Shown one piece after another: positions 37,198 through 49,840 of a DNA stretch of 64,000 nt; positions within the stretch are counted from its first letter, which is position 1, and each line of letters opens with the position of its first letter. Both the position numbers and the translations under genes were made by a program. Source of the DNA: Oculina patagonica (Eukaryota); contig NC_135769.1 of NCBI RefSeq assembly GCF_052425735.1, positions 2,046,001-2,110,000 on the forward strand, given 5' to 3'. Below the pieces are notes generated by a model. It ran no database searches and was not told where the DNA came from. It was given only the letters and a program-made list of their open reading frames with translations.

Positions 37198-40100
37198 ATG
37201 AGGATGTACAGCTATTCCTTGAGGTTTGCTTGCAGAGCACAAATATCTAGAAAAACACTTGCATGGAAAACCAGGGGTTAGTTAAACCAGTTTTCTTTCT
37301 TTGTTTGCTCTTGGCTTGCTTTAACCCTAGTGCTTGGTGTTTTTCTAGTCGGAGGTAGGCCTTTCTCGATTATGCTAGCATTTTTTTTCGGCATTTTTTG
37401 GGAAAACGAGCATTTTTTTTTTTTCGTTTTTTCTTGAAAAAGAATTGCTAGCATTTTCTGTCATTTTCATGACTGTGATCCAGATTTCAGCACTCAGAAC
37501 TCAGAAGGATAAATAATCCTAAAGTTTCACAATTTTGATTACTTAATTTGATTGTTTTCTGTCTGTTTCGACTGTTTGTGCGTTGTGTTACTTGTGTTAC
37601 TTGTGTTGTGTTACTTGTGTGTGTTTGTTTAATTTTTTTAAAAATATTTTTTTAATTTTTTTTTTAAATAATTTTTTTTAAATAATTTTTTTTATTATTT
37701 TTTTATAAACAAACAATTATTAAGTATCACCTGTTGTTGATATGAGCATATAATGTAAGAGTTTGTACGTTTTGTTTGAAATAAAACAAAGCATTCTTTG
37801 GAATTCAAGTGGCATTTTTTAAAGAAATCAGGCATTATTTTAGCATTTTTTTGGCTTTATGCGAGAATTTCTAGTAGCATTAAATGCCAGTTTTACTAGC
37901 ATAATCGAGAAAGGCCTAGTCGGAGGGTTAAAGAAAACCCCCCTTTACAAGCAAACTTTCACAGGTAAAGGGTCTGGAAACCAGTAGAAAGTTGTCCCGC
38001 CGACCGGGTATGCAAGTTGTCCCTGGTAGAACATTTACAAGGCAGCTAGGGTAATTACCCTGGCACTAGGGCACCCGAGAGCTATTGTAACGCCCTAGGG
38101 TAAACGTAGTACCCTAGTGCTAAGGTAACTCTAGCACTAACGCCATTTAACCCCTTCTGCTAGCAAACATGGCCTAAAGTTCAATAACTTTACATTTTCA
38201 TCTACTAGCAAGCCAAGTCCAACCAAGCAGTTTCAAGTCAACTTCGTCATTTTCTTCCACCCATGATTACATCATCATTGGAGGCGGATCTGCTGGATGT
38301 GTTCTGGCCAATCGGCTCTCAGAAAATCCAGATACAAGGGTACTTCTACTTGAAGCTGGACCAAAATACAACACATGGAAAATCCACATGCCAGCGGCAA
38401 TGCCATATAACCTGGATGGTGACAGCCGTAACTGGTACTATACATCAGAACCTCAAGAAAGTTTGCAAAATAGGTATTAGCAGTTTGTTCTCTTGGTCTG
38501 TATTTCATGAGAAATTAAAAAAAAAATAAAACTGGTGAAACTGCACTTAATTCTGCCAATGCTTTAGGGGCATGCAACAACCTTTTCACCTACAGTTTTT
38601 CCCCTACTTGCCGGATAATAAAGTAGAGTAAATGAGCATCGAAGCAATGCGCAAGTCGCAAGACCGAGTGTGTGGAATTCCCAGACAAGTGTCTTTTGCG
38701 TGGCTAAAATCCAATCATTTTCTATCTTGCATGTTGCAGGACCATGTACCAGCCGAGAGGTCGAGTATTGGGCGGATCCTCGTCGATAAATGGAATGATT
38801 TACGCGCGAGGACATGCATTTGATTTCGACAGATGGGACAGAGATGGTGCCACAGGGTGGTCTTACGCAGATTGTCTGCCTTACTTCAAGAAGTCAGAAA
38901 CCTTTGAGTCTGGTACGTCTTTTTACTGGAATCCCAGGGACTTTAATGCTAGAGACGTAGCCTTCAAATCTGATCATGCCCAGATGCTGTGTTCGTAAGA
39001 TTTCCCCCCCCCCCCCATAATTTTGCCCTCATTGGGAGAAATTATTAGTGATTTCGAACTTCCCTTCTTTTTTCCTGCCCCGTGGTGAAATCATCAGCGT
39101 TTAGCCCCCTCTCCACTATTGCACCCATCCCACGCCTACTATTCGCTCCCCTCCTTCTCTGGAAACCTCAACAAAACACCATTACAAAGTACAAGAATTA
39201 ACTGATGACTTTAGCTGTCCTTCGAATTCTACTGAATCTAGTTACCTTTCTCTGTCCAGGAGCTAACCAATACCGAGGAGGAAGTGGCCCGCTGCGCGTG
39301 TCACGTGGTACATGCTCCCACCCTCTGCACCAGACCTTTCTCGACGCTGGTGTTGAAGCCGGCTTTCCATTCACAGAAGACTTCAACGGTTATCAACAGG
39401 AAGGGATTGGGCGGTTGGATCGTACTATACATGACGGAAAACGATGGAGTGCTGCAACGGCTTATCTAAAACCCGCTCTACAGCGAAAAAATTTAGTTAC
39501 GGAAACCAGGGCGCTGGCAAACAGAATTTTGTTTGAAAACGACAAAGCTACCGGTGTAGAATATCGCGTTGGGAACTCAGCCAAATGCGCGCGCGCTTCT
39601 AGGGAAGTTATTGTTTGTGGAGGAGTGTTCAATTCACCGCAGCTTCTTATGCTGTCTGGACTTGGAGATGAGGAGGAGTTGAAAGCGTTGGGAATACCCG
39701 TGGTGGCTAATTTACCAGGAGTAGGAAAAAATCTACAAGATCATGTGCAAGTGCATGTTCAATATGTAAGTACATTTGATTAAGAACGTTCGCGCTACTT
39801 GTTTGTGCGTATCCTTACTCATTCTCGTCCCCATGGCCCTTTCGTTTTTCTTAGCCGGCTGGGCCTTGGCAGAAAACGAAAGGCTCTGGGGACACAGGAT
39901 CTCCAGTCTTAGATTCAAGGACTTCCGGTCTTCATATATGCAGTCATGGTGTTTCAAAAAAAAATGTATAAGAGAATCGTTATGCTTTCGACTCCCGTTT
40001 AGGTATTCTTTGTTCCAAACAGCCAATCAAAAAAAATTCGAATTAATTCAAAAATCATATGTCCCCAGAGCCCTTCGTTTTTTCGTGCCAAGCCGGCTAA

Positions 40101-43100
40101 GAGAAACAAAAGGGCTATGGGAACGAGAAAGATCCTAACTGCGCACCAACCTCGTTCTCAGGGCCTCTCTCTCCTTTTCCTCCTCCTATCGTCGAGGAGA
40201 GAGGAGGAGGAGAAAAAAGCGAGAGGCCCTGTGAACGAGGTTGACTGCCAACGGGTTGCTACGTAATGATTCGGGCGCGCACAATGGAAGAAACTGGACA
40301 ATTATTGTACTGGGTTCAGTTGTTTAAAGGGTTGACAGCGCTATCCACTGCACCTGATAAATCACTATCCAGAGGAAAGTATGGTATGTTTTGCAAACAC
40401 TTATATCCACTCGACGGCGGTTTTTTCTAGCGGATAGCGATATCCACGTTTTGAAAAATCGGGCCCTGTTTAGGGTGGTGGCTGCTTCAATATCTTGGCT
40501 TGGATTTAACGATCATGATTTCCGATGACCCCCGTTTTTTTAATAGATAACCATGTTTTTATTATTATTTCATAGATGGTAAACAATCTGAAATCTCCCA
40601 CTTCTCTATACTGGTACGATAATTAAAATTTCGCGCTCCAAACCATTTTCATTTGGCTGAGCCGGTTTAAGTTTATTTAAAGGGACTGTGTCACGGCTGA
40701 GTTAAGTTTATTTTATTATTTTTGTCAAATACTCGCTATGAAACTTAATGTTTGCAAAGAAATTACTTCTATGGATCGAAATGACGAAACCATAGCTTCA
40801 TTGCAACCACATGTGTCTCCCGGGCGTTATAATTTAAAGCTAGAAGCAAACAAGATTAACTTTGAACACTGTTCAGCCCAACAACATTTCAAAAACCCAT
40901 GTCGCAATGCGTTTCAATCTTCGTCGCTTTTGGCCATCCGTACTTTCTTTTGTATTTGGAGTGTTATTGAAATGTTCTTTCACCGTTTTAAGAGGTTATT
41001 TTTATATTTTTAACGAACTTAATGGCTTGCCTAAATTTAGCTAAAATCCGTGACACAGTCTCTTTAAGGAGCTATGTCACGCAATTTTAGGCAATTTCGG
41101 CACTGACGAACTAGTCATAGAATGAACTGAAATATCGCAATAACGGCTTAAAACTGTAGACGAACTCATAAGAAACACAGAAAGGCCAAAAAGTGGCATG
41201 GATGGGCAAAATTCGAGAAGATTAGCACGGATTGCGTTCGGGTAAACTTGAAAAACGTCGGCCCGACCTTTTTTTTTAAAAAAAAAGTTTAATGCAATTT
41301 ATATGAAAATGTCATTTACAATGCTCGAAAATCATCCTTGTTTGTTATTTGGCCGTAATTTTGCTAATAAAAGACTTTTTGCTCTGCCAATTTGAAGTTT
41401 AGAGCTCTCAATTAACGAAAATAAATAGAATTACCTAAAAAACCGTGGCATAGCCCCTTTAATCAGCCTTGTTACTACAGGAATGTACCCAGCCGGTAAC
41501 ATTGAGCAGCGCCTTTAAACTGCACAACATGGTCATGGCGGGAACACAGTGGTTTTTATTCAAGAGCGGGACGTGTGCCACAAACCATTTCGAGAGCGGT
41601 GGTTTCGTCAAAAGTGAACCTGATGTATCACACCCGGATATAGAGATGCAATTCGTTCCGCTTGTTTTGGGAGAATCGTGGACATCTCAAATCCATTCTC
41701 GTTCCCAGAGCCTTCCGTTTCTTTTGGTCACGTGGTCGGCGAAACGAAGGGCTCTGGTAACACTGACTACCGGATGTCGTAAAATCCACGACATCCGGTA
41801 GCGCATGCCCACTGCATAAATGTTCGTCTGCGCCTGCTCAGTAAAAGAAAGGGGAAGGCTGGGGCTGACTTAGACGAGAAGAAAGCGAATTTGAAAGAAG
41901 ATACGACATTTGAGTTTGGCGTTCGAAAGAGCTGTACAGCAATCCTTGCTACAATTGTCGGAGGACATCAAGAAACAAGGAATGGAACAGGAAGACGGCA
42001 GATAGAAAAGTTAGAATCCAGAGGAATTGGAGTCATAGTGTTTAAACACGGAGTCGAGGAAATCATCAGCTGATATAAACATTCCGACGGTTGATGACTG
42101 TCTGTGAAATTTATTTATGGCCATGCGGAGGTATTGTAGAAAATTCAGAGCTAAAAAAGCGGCTGAGCGATGAGGTATCATTCTATTGAGCGGCGGTAAG
42201 AAATATCACATTGAATTTCAAAGTCTTCATGTATTCATGAACTCCATTTAGTGTGTATATCTTGTATAAGCTAAGTTAACGTTGATAGTGCAAATGTTTG
42301 CAATATTTTTAATGCAATAAAAAGTACAACCGAGTTACACCTTACAAAAGATGTACTTTTCATTTGTTCATAAACAAAGGTCTGCTTCGTGAATATGTTA
42401 TTCCAATAAACTCCCAACAAACTCCCAGACTGTTATTCGGTCTTTTTTCCGGAAACATTTTCAAACTGACCGGAAGTATAACGAAAATTGCGTAGAAGCG
42501 TTTCATTTTTTTACCTAATTACGCATGCAGTTTTTATCAGCCAATCAAAAAAATCATATTTTTTACCGTTACCAGGGCCACTACGTCATGTCATTTAAAA
42601 AAATACGCGTGGCCCTGGGGAAGAGGATGTCTCAAATCCAACATGGATATCAGGTAAATGGTTCACTTACTTATAGTTTAAATAGTTGGTTGTTCTATTT
42701 ACTGCTCGAGGGCCTCTCGCGCGGGGGTCGCGCAAGGAGAGTTAAACAAAAAAAGAAAATTTTGCATCCATCAATTTCAGTCATCGAAAATTGTACTGGA
42801 CATATATTAGTTTTAGTCTGAGCGCGCTAACTATTTTAGACTTGTTCGGATTTCGGCCACACTGAGTGAGCAAAATGTGGCCGTGTTCACACTTAGTGCC
42901 CGAGCACTGGTACCTGGGCACCGATAAAAAATAGCGTCGTGTTCACACACAGAAAACCAAAATACCCAAGTACCATTAAGTGACCGAGTGACCTTGTACT
43001 CGGGCACGGGCACTGTTCCCGAATTATGACGTGGGCACTTGAAAAAATAGTATGTTCACATTAGTGCCCAGCGAGAATCGTACCCAGGAACCGTACCCAG

Positions 43101-45496
43101 GCACCAAGTGTGCATACAGTCGAAGCTCTCTTAACGGACACTCTCGTAAGCAGACAGCTCTACTTACGGCCACCTTGTTTGAAACCTCGTTTTAACTCCC
43201 ATACGAATTCTGTATTTTTACATTCTCGTAAGCGGACATTCCCGCAAGCGGCCGCGGACTCTTTCAGAGATTACGACTTTTTCTTTGTTTTTAAGCTCCC
43301 GTAAGCGGACAGTCCAATGAAAATTGCATCTGCATCTTGTGTTTATCAATAAACTTCAAATCGCCGTTCGTCACAATGATTTTAAAGTGATTACAGTACC
43401 ATATCTCAGTGCTTGTTTTGTCGTCATCCACGTCCGTCCGGTTATTGTTAGCTGGGCAAGCTCCCTTGAACGGCCATTAAACCCCTACACCTCTAGTGGC
43501 CGCTTACGAGAACCAATCTCGTAAGCGGCCAGCTCCAGTTACGGACACTTTTTTCGCGTCCCGAGGGTGTCCGCTTACGAGAGCTTCAACTGTACAAACT
43601 CAAGCCTTATGGTGTTATGATTCAGGTACATTACGGGTTTGAGCCTGGTCATCCTACGTCATTGTGACACAGTGCCTCTCTTTACTCAGGTGTTTTAACG
43701 GGTAACGGCAAACTGTTGGGATAACATGACAAAAATTAGATGGGAGGGGTGGGGAGTAATATGCAATGAGCTGACATGCGACCCGGGGGGATACCAGTAC
43801 TTCTAGTCGCTTAATGCTATGGAAAGCAATATTACCCGGTAGTTTGGTGAGCCACAAGTAGGCATAAATAGATTGTGCTCAGCAACTTTTGAGCAACTTT
43901 TTGTAGCACCAGCAAGCTAGGGCAACTTTTGCCTTCCTTGGCAACTTTTGAGCAACAAATTGATATAAAACCGATCCAAACCATAAAAGTCGTTTCATTT
44001 CGAGGGATTTTTATCTTTTTTATCTATTTTTTATTTATTTTTTATTTTTTATCTATAATTGAAATTATGTTGAGTTTAAAGAGTATATTGATTAAAACAA
44101 AGTATTTATATTTCTCATATAACAATGGCTTTTTGGACTCTTTCAATGATTGTAGAATATTTAATGAAAATTTTTAAATGGCAACAAACAGACAAACACA
44201 TTTATCTAAAACAAAACGACTCTAGAGCAAGCAATTTTTCTAAATTTTGGTGGCAACTTTTTGATATTTGAGCAACTTTAAGGTATATTGTGAAGCAACT
44301 TTTCCTGAATTTACTAGCACAATCTATTCATGCCTAGCCACAAGAATTAGGAAAGAAAACGATTACTTGCCACTGTCTTTTCCACTCCGTAACAAGTTTT
44401 ATTTATTGTTTATTTTGTTTCAGCTCTGTATTGAAATTCTAAGGCCCAGCAGCCGAGGCTTCGTCAAGTTGCGGTCACGTGATCCACTCACTCATCCTGT
44501 CATTCAACCAAACTATTTGACACGTGACAGCGATCGCCGGCTCATGAGGACCTGTGTACGAATCGCGCGTCACGTGCTCAACCAGAAGGCCTTTGAACCT
44601 TACAGAGGAAAAGAATTAAAACCAGGTTTGTGAAAGATCTGTTATATGTGGTTTTGTTGGGATGTACTGACCCGAGCAAAATGAATCTCATGTTTTCACC
44701 GATAGCTCTAAAATAGCGGTAACCAGCGCGATATTTTCTTCTCTTAAAGAGTAGACTGTTCGGCTAAACTGCAGGAAACCCCGCAACTTATTTGCATCCT
44801 ATTGTTTTCTGCCTCTTTCTTGAAAGAGTTCCCGGACTCGGTGAATCTCATTTGCGGGGTATTCTGCAGTTGCTCTGGCTGTTCACAACCTCTCTATTTT
44901 TCAACGCGAGAGAAACAGCATTTGAAGAGTGCGCGAAGCACGCGGGGGCGGGGGGTGGGGGGCGGTGGTCAAGCCGAGCGAGCGAAAGAGTTATTTCTGG
45001 GTCGCCCACTACATCTCGATCGGAACGAGACATTTTATTGGCTCTTAAAACAATAGCGGCACCCACCTCCTCTCGCCTCCCGCTTGCGCTGACTTCCAGC
45101 TCTCTCGCGATTCTTAGGTAGAGGATTGTGAACAGTCTAATTTAAGGGCGCTGGGCTTTCATCGCTGTAACACATTTCCTCGCCACTCTTCTAGGTACAT
45201 CATGTAAAACAGAAGAAGAAATAGATGCTTTCGTACGAGGATTCGCCAAGACCGATTACCATCCTTGTGGCACATGCAAAATGGGAGCCGACGATGATCC
45301 GACGGCTGTTGTCGACAAGAATACGCGAGTCTTCGGAGTCGACAATCTTCGGGTCGTGGATGCGTCTGTTATGCCCAGTATAGTCAGCGGTAATCTGAAC
45401 GCGGCCACGATCATGATTGCGGAAAAGGCAGCGGACTGCATTTTAGGGAAACCGCCATTGCCCAAGGAACATGTACCAGTCTATGGCAGATCGTGA
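37198..45496 (+). CDS. Divergent choline dehydrogenase-like GMC oxidoreductase, copy E (duplicate of D). Exons 37198-37276, 38209-38473, 38740-38912, 39260-39765, 41481-42653 (interrupted by a TE at 41694-42629), 44424-44625, 45195-45496. May be a disrupted allele
   Basis: All exons are in frame and D-like, except for the transposon insertion 15 nt before the exon 5 donor. Confidence 0.75.
37356..37918. mobile_element. hAT-type MITE
   Basis: TIR TAGGCCTTTCTCGATTATGCTAG; 8-bp TSD GTCGGAGG. Confidence 0.85.
39820..40131. mobile_element. MITE with related termini (CATTCTCGT...ACGAGAAAG), 9-bp TSD
   Basis: TSD ATCCTTACT/ATCCTAACT; absent from the matching intron of D. Confidence 0.8.
40147..40243. 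mobile_element. 97-bp MITE (CAACCTCGTTC...GAACGAGGTTG)
   Basis: Terminal inverted repeat; degenerate 9-bp TSD; absent from D. Confidence 0.7.
40681..41458. mobile_element. Two adjacent Kolobok-type MITEs (~40681-41063 and ~41068-41458) sharing a TTAA
   Basis: TTAA|AGGGACTGTGTCACGG...CCGTGACACAGTCTCT|TTAA|GGAGCTATGTCACG...GTGGCATAGCCCCT|TTAA. Confidence 0.7.
41694..42629. mobile_element. 936-bp non-autonomous TIR transposon inside exon 5 of gene E, 9-bp TSD TCTCAAATC
   Basis: Imperfect TIRs CATTCTCGTTCCCAGAGCC / GGCCCTGGGGAAGAGGATG; TSD at 41685-41693 and 42630-42638; empty site in gene D. Confidence 0.9.
43117..43592. mobile_element. Tc1/mariner-type MITE nested in an older element (~42879-43606)
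   Basis: TA|CAGTCGAAGCTCTC...GAGAGCTTCAACTG|TA. Confidence 0.8.
43859..44336. mobile_element. hAT-type MITE
   Basis: TAGGCAT(A/G)AATAGATTGTGCT TIR; 8-bp TSD GCCACAAG. Confidence 0.85.
44752..45139. mobile_element. MITE (TAGACTGTT...AACAGTCTA) in intron 6 of E
   Basis: Terminal inverted repeat; absent from the short intron 6 of D. Confidence 0.7.
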
Positions 45497-48400
45497 TCTT
45501 TCGTTATTTTTACGAAACTGTAGTACGCAGGAGCTCCTGAGGACGGAGGAATTTATTTATATATTGCGGCTGTTTATAGCGACTGTTAAAAATAATCGTC
45601 TGTTTTTACGAAAAAAAAATTTCTAAAAAAAAAAAAAAAAAAAAAAAAATCGTGCACAAGTAAACACGGGGAAAAAATTCAAGCAAGCCCCGCCTGCTCA
45701 AGATGGATGGTGCAAAAAAAAATCTTGCAGAGGGTAATGTTGGTGAAACGAAATTCTTGCAAATACCAATGCTGAAGAAAGAAATTCTTAATTAAAAAAA
45801 TTTCCCAACCCCCCCCCCCCCCCTAAAAAAAATTAAATGGTCCGTCCCTTATCTTAATGGAACTGATGTCCCTTGAACGTTAACAGATGGGACTGAAATC
45901 GATACTGCTTGAAAGTCTCATTAAATAGCTCTATAATAAGATTGTTAATTAGCAGTAAACTTCATGATAAGTTTGAAATGACGATAAACTTTGTATCAAA
46001 ACAATAAAAAAAAGAATCACGTAAAAACACAACGACTTGACGGATGCAGACTGATAAAACGTTGTTGGCATAAATATAACCGGGCGACGGTCGAGCCAAT
46101 TACGTTCTATATTTCTACATACTTGAATCAACCAACTTCAGTATGGAGAGAAATGATGAAAACAGTCACAATTTTATGAAAGCTTTGGAACAACCGGACA
46201 AAACAATCATGCCATATTGAAACAACCCGACACCTTCTCCCCGGCTCCCCCCCCCCCCCTCCCCCCTTCTTCCGGACCCAACCCTGAATCAGAGTTGATA
46301 TAAATACGCGTAAAAATGAATAGGTCTACTATCTTAGTATTTCCATTATCAATTTAAGCGGTCTACTCGAGCTTTTCAATCTATGACCACAAATCTTTCT
46401 GTAGCTGTCTTGGGTAACAAAAATTGTTTTCAGGCTCGATATTTCCGGACAAAACATGGTTTTTCCTTTTAAGGTCAGATTTTATTTTTGCGGGAAGTTT
46501 GACTGTTCTACATTTCACATAACTTTCTGGCGCGATTTCTTTCATTTAATTTCGTTCGTGACCGCTGTTCCCCGATTAAGATACAGCGTGCACAGTCGGC
46601 ATGACACATTCGACTTCCATTCGTTTGATTTAACAACAAAATGGCACGAAGAGTTCTTTTTTCGAATTAATATTTAAAGAAAATGAATAACTGCATGTCC
46701 TAGGCATGACCTTTCTAGGGCCCGATTGAGAGATCTTTTCTGCGATAATTGAACGCATTAGTTTATTTTTTGAGCCCAAATTGGACAAAATTCCAACAAT
46801 TTTGCTTTGTTTCCCAAACATAATCTTCATTTTCATGTGGTTTTAATAATCCAAAAATTTATTACTTTCTTACGGATCTGTCGTTTGGCCGATATGAAAC
46901 TTGGAATTTGCTGGGTTTTATCATTCCTGTAATTTCGACGCTTTTTCGAGCGTTTATTCCCAGTAACTTACGATATACGCCCATAAGTTAAAATATACGA
47001 AACAATACTATTTCAAGGTCGATTTCCAATAAAGGCAACAATTTTTTTCTAGAACAAATATTTATAAAGGAATTATCTTTCCAATCTTGATGTCATATGT
47101 CAAACGAGGATTAGTCGACGAAACGATAAAATTTGGAGGGAGGGGGAGAAAGATGACAATCGCTCAAGATTTAATTTGAAACATTTCGTAGCAAACACTT
47201 TCTTTCCTTTTAAAGAGGGAAGACGTTTCTTCTAGAACAAACGATCGCTGAAAAGCGGCATTTGAAGACCATATTGACAGACAAAATAAACTTGTAAAAT
47301 AATCTCTTACAAAGAACGGAAATCATTCCGGCTCCCTTTACGGCCCATAATCCCTCGGAACCCGGGGTATTTTGGGGTGTGTTGAGAAGAATAAATACCA
47401 ACATTGTCTAGAGTTGCAGGCGATTTTGCGAAGCGTTTTCGTGCAGAGAAGTCTTGTTGTCAGGGTGCGAGTTTTCGAGCCACTTTACAGATTTCACTGC
47501 GGATTATTGTAGAATGTAAGTAGACGTTTTAATTATACCCTAGAACAGCCAATTTGATTGAAATTATCTCACATCCAATGAGATGCATAGATAGAACAGG
47601 GTTGTTTTCGTACAAATAATTAGCTTCTGGTATGTAATCGCCTGTTCGATCATAAAGGCAAACTCTTCGCTCTGCTGATCAATCCCACCCGCCGAGCTTA
47701 TCATTTACGAGGAAGATATGAGCTAAAAAACCACTGAATTCACTCTTCGAACGAATTTACCAGCAAATTAACCATTTCGTAAAATAAGATCATTGAACGC
47801 GACCTGATGCTATGTTAATTTGTAACAGTTTACATATTTCAAGGGCCAAAATTACTCGATTGTTCTCTTTGCTCAGAGATCGAAAGGGGCGCACTGAAGT
47901 GGGCAACTTGAAAAACAATATCAACTGTACTGTATGTCAAACTTTTAGTAAATTACCCTACGACTCTATATCCACACAGAAAATATCGTTTGCTTCGTCT
48001 GACCTTTTACACAAGAATATAATCCTTCCAAGCTGTTATACTGCTTATTTCTATCAGAACTTCTTTTGAAGTTAAATCTTTTCGGTGACACCAAAATCGA
48101 ATGAAAAATATAATGGTATGAGGAAGATAGATTGGTCGTTAACGAGTTCCGTTAAAAATTTTATTTTTTTAGACAAATTTCACTTTCCTCGCCTAAACTC
48201 AAGACTGCTCTGAACTTAAAATATCTTTCGTGTCTATGAAAGGCGGTGTCCCTAACCTATGACCAAAGATAAGCTTAATAGTCTGTCAGATAACAAGACT
48301 TTCAATAGACTTGCTAGACACACAACAATCAAGTAGTGTTTTGCCGCTAGTCACACAATCATCACTAAAAATGCGTCAAAATATAAATGCTCTAGTTCTT

Positions 48401-48610
48401 TTTTTTCGCAGGCAACGATAGACAAAACGAGAAAAGAAGCTATTTAATTCAGTCAGCCAGCTAGGAATCTGCCTTCCATTAAACGCAAAAGTAGACGGGC
48501 CGGCTTTATAGTGAAACGCGATTCTCTCGCGCGACGTACACGTTTTGTGAGTAATGTCGAACCCAGTAGTTTGCTAATGTTATTTTGGTTCGTCTCCTGC
48601 GCAGTTTCAA

Positions 48611-49302
48611 ATGCCTCCAAAAGCGCCTCCAGAAGGACCCTCACCTTGTCCACGATGTGGAGATAAAGTCTACCATGCCGAGGAAGTCGTGTGCGGCGGC
48701 GAAAAGTGGCACAAACGGTGTTTCGGCTGCAAAGACTGTGGCAAGAAGTTAGACAGCACAACATGCAACACGCACGAAGGTAGGTTCATGTAGAAAGAAA
48801 ACATGTTAAATCGCGCTTGGATCTAACAGCAATTGCCAAATGATTGAGCAAATTTCAGGCTTTTGCTTTTTCATTCGCTTGCATTGTAACATTTGGTTGC
48901 AATAAAGCTATGGTTTTGTCATTTTGTCGTTTAGATCCATGAAAGTTATTTCTTTCAAGTATTTAAACTTAACTCAGCCGTGACACAGTCCCTTAAATTT
49001 CATGGGAAACTATAGACTGCATGTGGACAATATGAGCTCTAGATTTTATTTCTGTCACACATGCGACACAGCACGCGCGAGAACGAGGAGGCCTCGTTTC
49101 ACCATAACTCGCAAGCAGAAACATATATCCTTCTGGCGAGAGACTGCCATCTCTTTACGTACATGCTGAAAGCCAATCCACACTGACACCGCCTTTTTTC
49201 TCTACAGGCGAAATCTACTGCAAAGGTTGTTACGGAAAGCACTATGGTCCTAAAGGTTACGGATATGGCGGTGGAGCAGGGGCCCTTACGCGCACACAGT
49301 GA
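48611..49302 (+). CDS. Cysteine-rich protein 1-like (CRIP-type single LIM domain plus Gly-rich tail), gene F, 87 aa. Exons 48611-48779, 49208-49302
   Basis: CPRC...[11 protein letters not shown]...[26 protein letters not shown]; phase-1 GT-AG intron; AATAAA at 49431. Confidence 0.9.
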
Positions 49303-49840
49303 TAGGACCCCCGATGTAGCACCTCTGTTGTGGACGCATTTAGGGAAGACGTTCGTTTACGTGTCTTATAACTGACAAAGGTTCAGGAAGAGTTTTGTAG
49401 GTTTAGGGAAAAGGAATCTGATTTCTTTTTAATAAAGATGTTCAAAACATATAATTCACCTTGTGTTCATTTGATGTAGCTTGCGCGCGGGCAGATGCTC
49501 TGAGGTGTTCCCGCGTGCATTCCACGATGACCTCGCGTGGCGTGCGCGCGTGCGGAGCGGGAGCATGCATGCAAGCACCGTTACTGTCAGCAGCCCTAAT
49601 TTCCTTCCCGCGACTAGTTATAGAGGAGCGAGAACCTTTTTTCCCTCTTCGTGTTATGGAGTTCTTCAACTCCCTCGAGCTTTATCAAGATAAAATGCTT
49701 TATCTGCTCTTTGACCACTGAAATCGCTTGCCCAGCAGTGCAGAAGACTAACAGGAAGAGGAGCCTGAAGGGGTAAAATGGGAACTGGTATTTGAGCAAA
49801 TTTTCACTGGGAAAATATGATTTGGGTCACTGGGACTAGA

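Noticed and set aside
1-45496. Bacterial betA operon or recent horizontal transfer
   Set aside because: Six conserved spliceosomal introns, mitochondrial-type presequences and animal CHDH-like motifs; no betB/betT/betI
24880-45496. D and E as uncollapsed haplotypes of one gene
   Set aside because: Many substitutions in exons 1-5, numerous independent TE insertions and a defined duplication breakpoint indicate true paralogues; long reads would confirm
45500-48600. Additional gene between E and F, or in 62-64 kb
   Set aside because: Only short ORFs without recognisable domains or a consistent splice chain; may contain UTR exons of F and H
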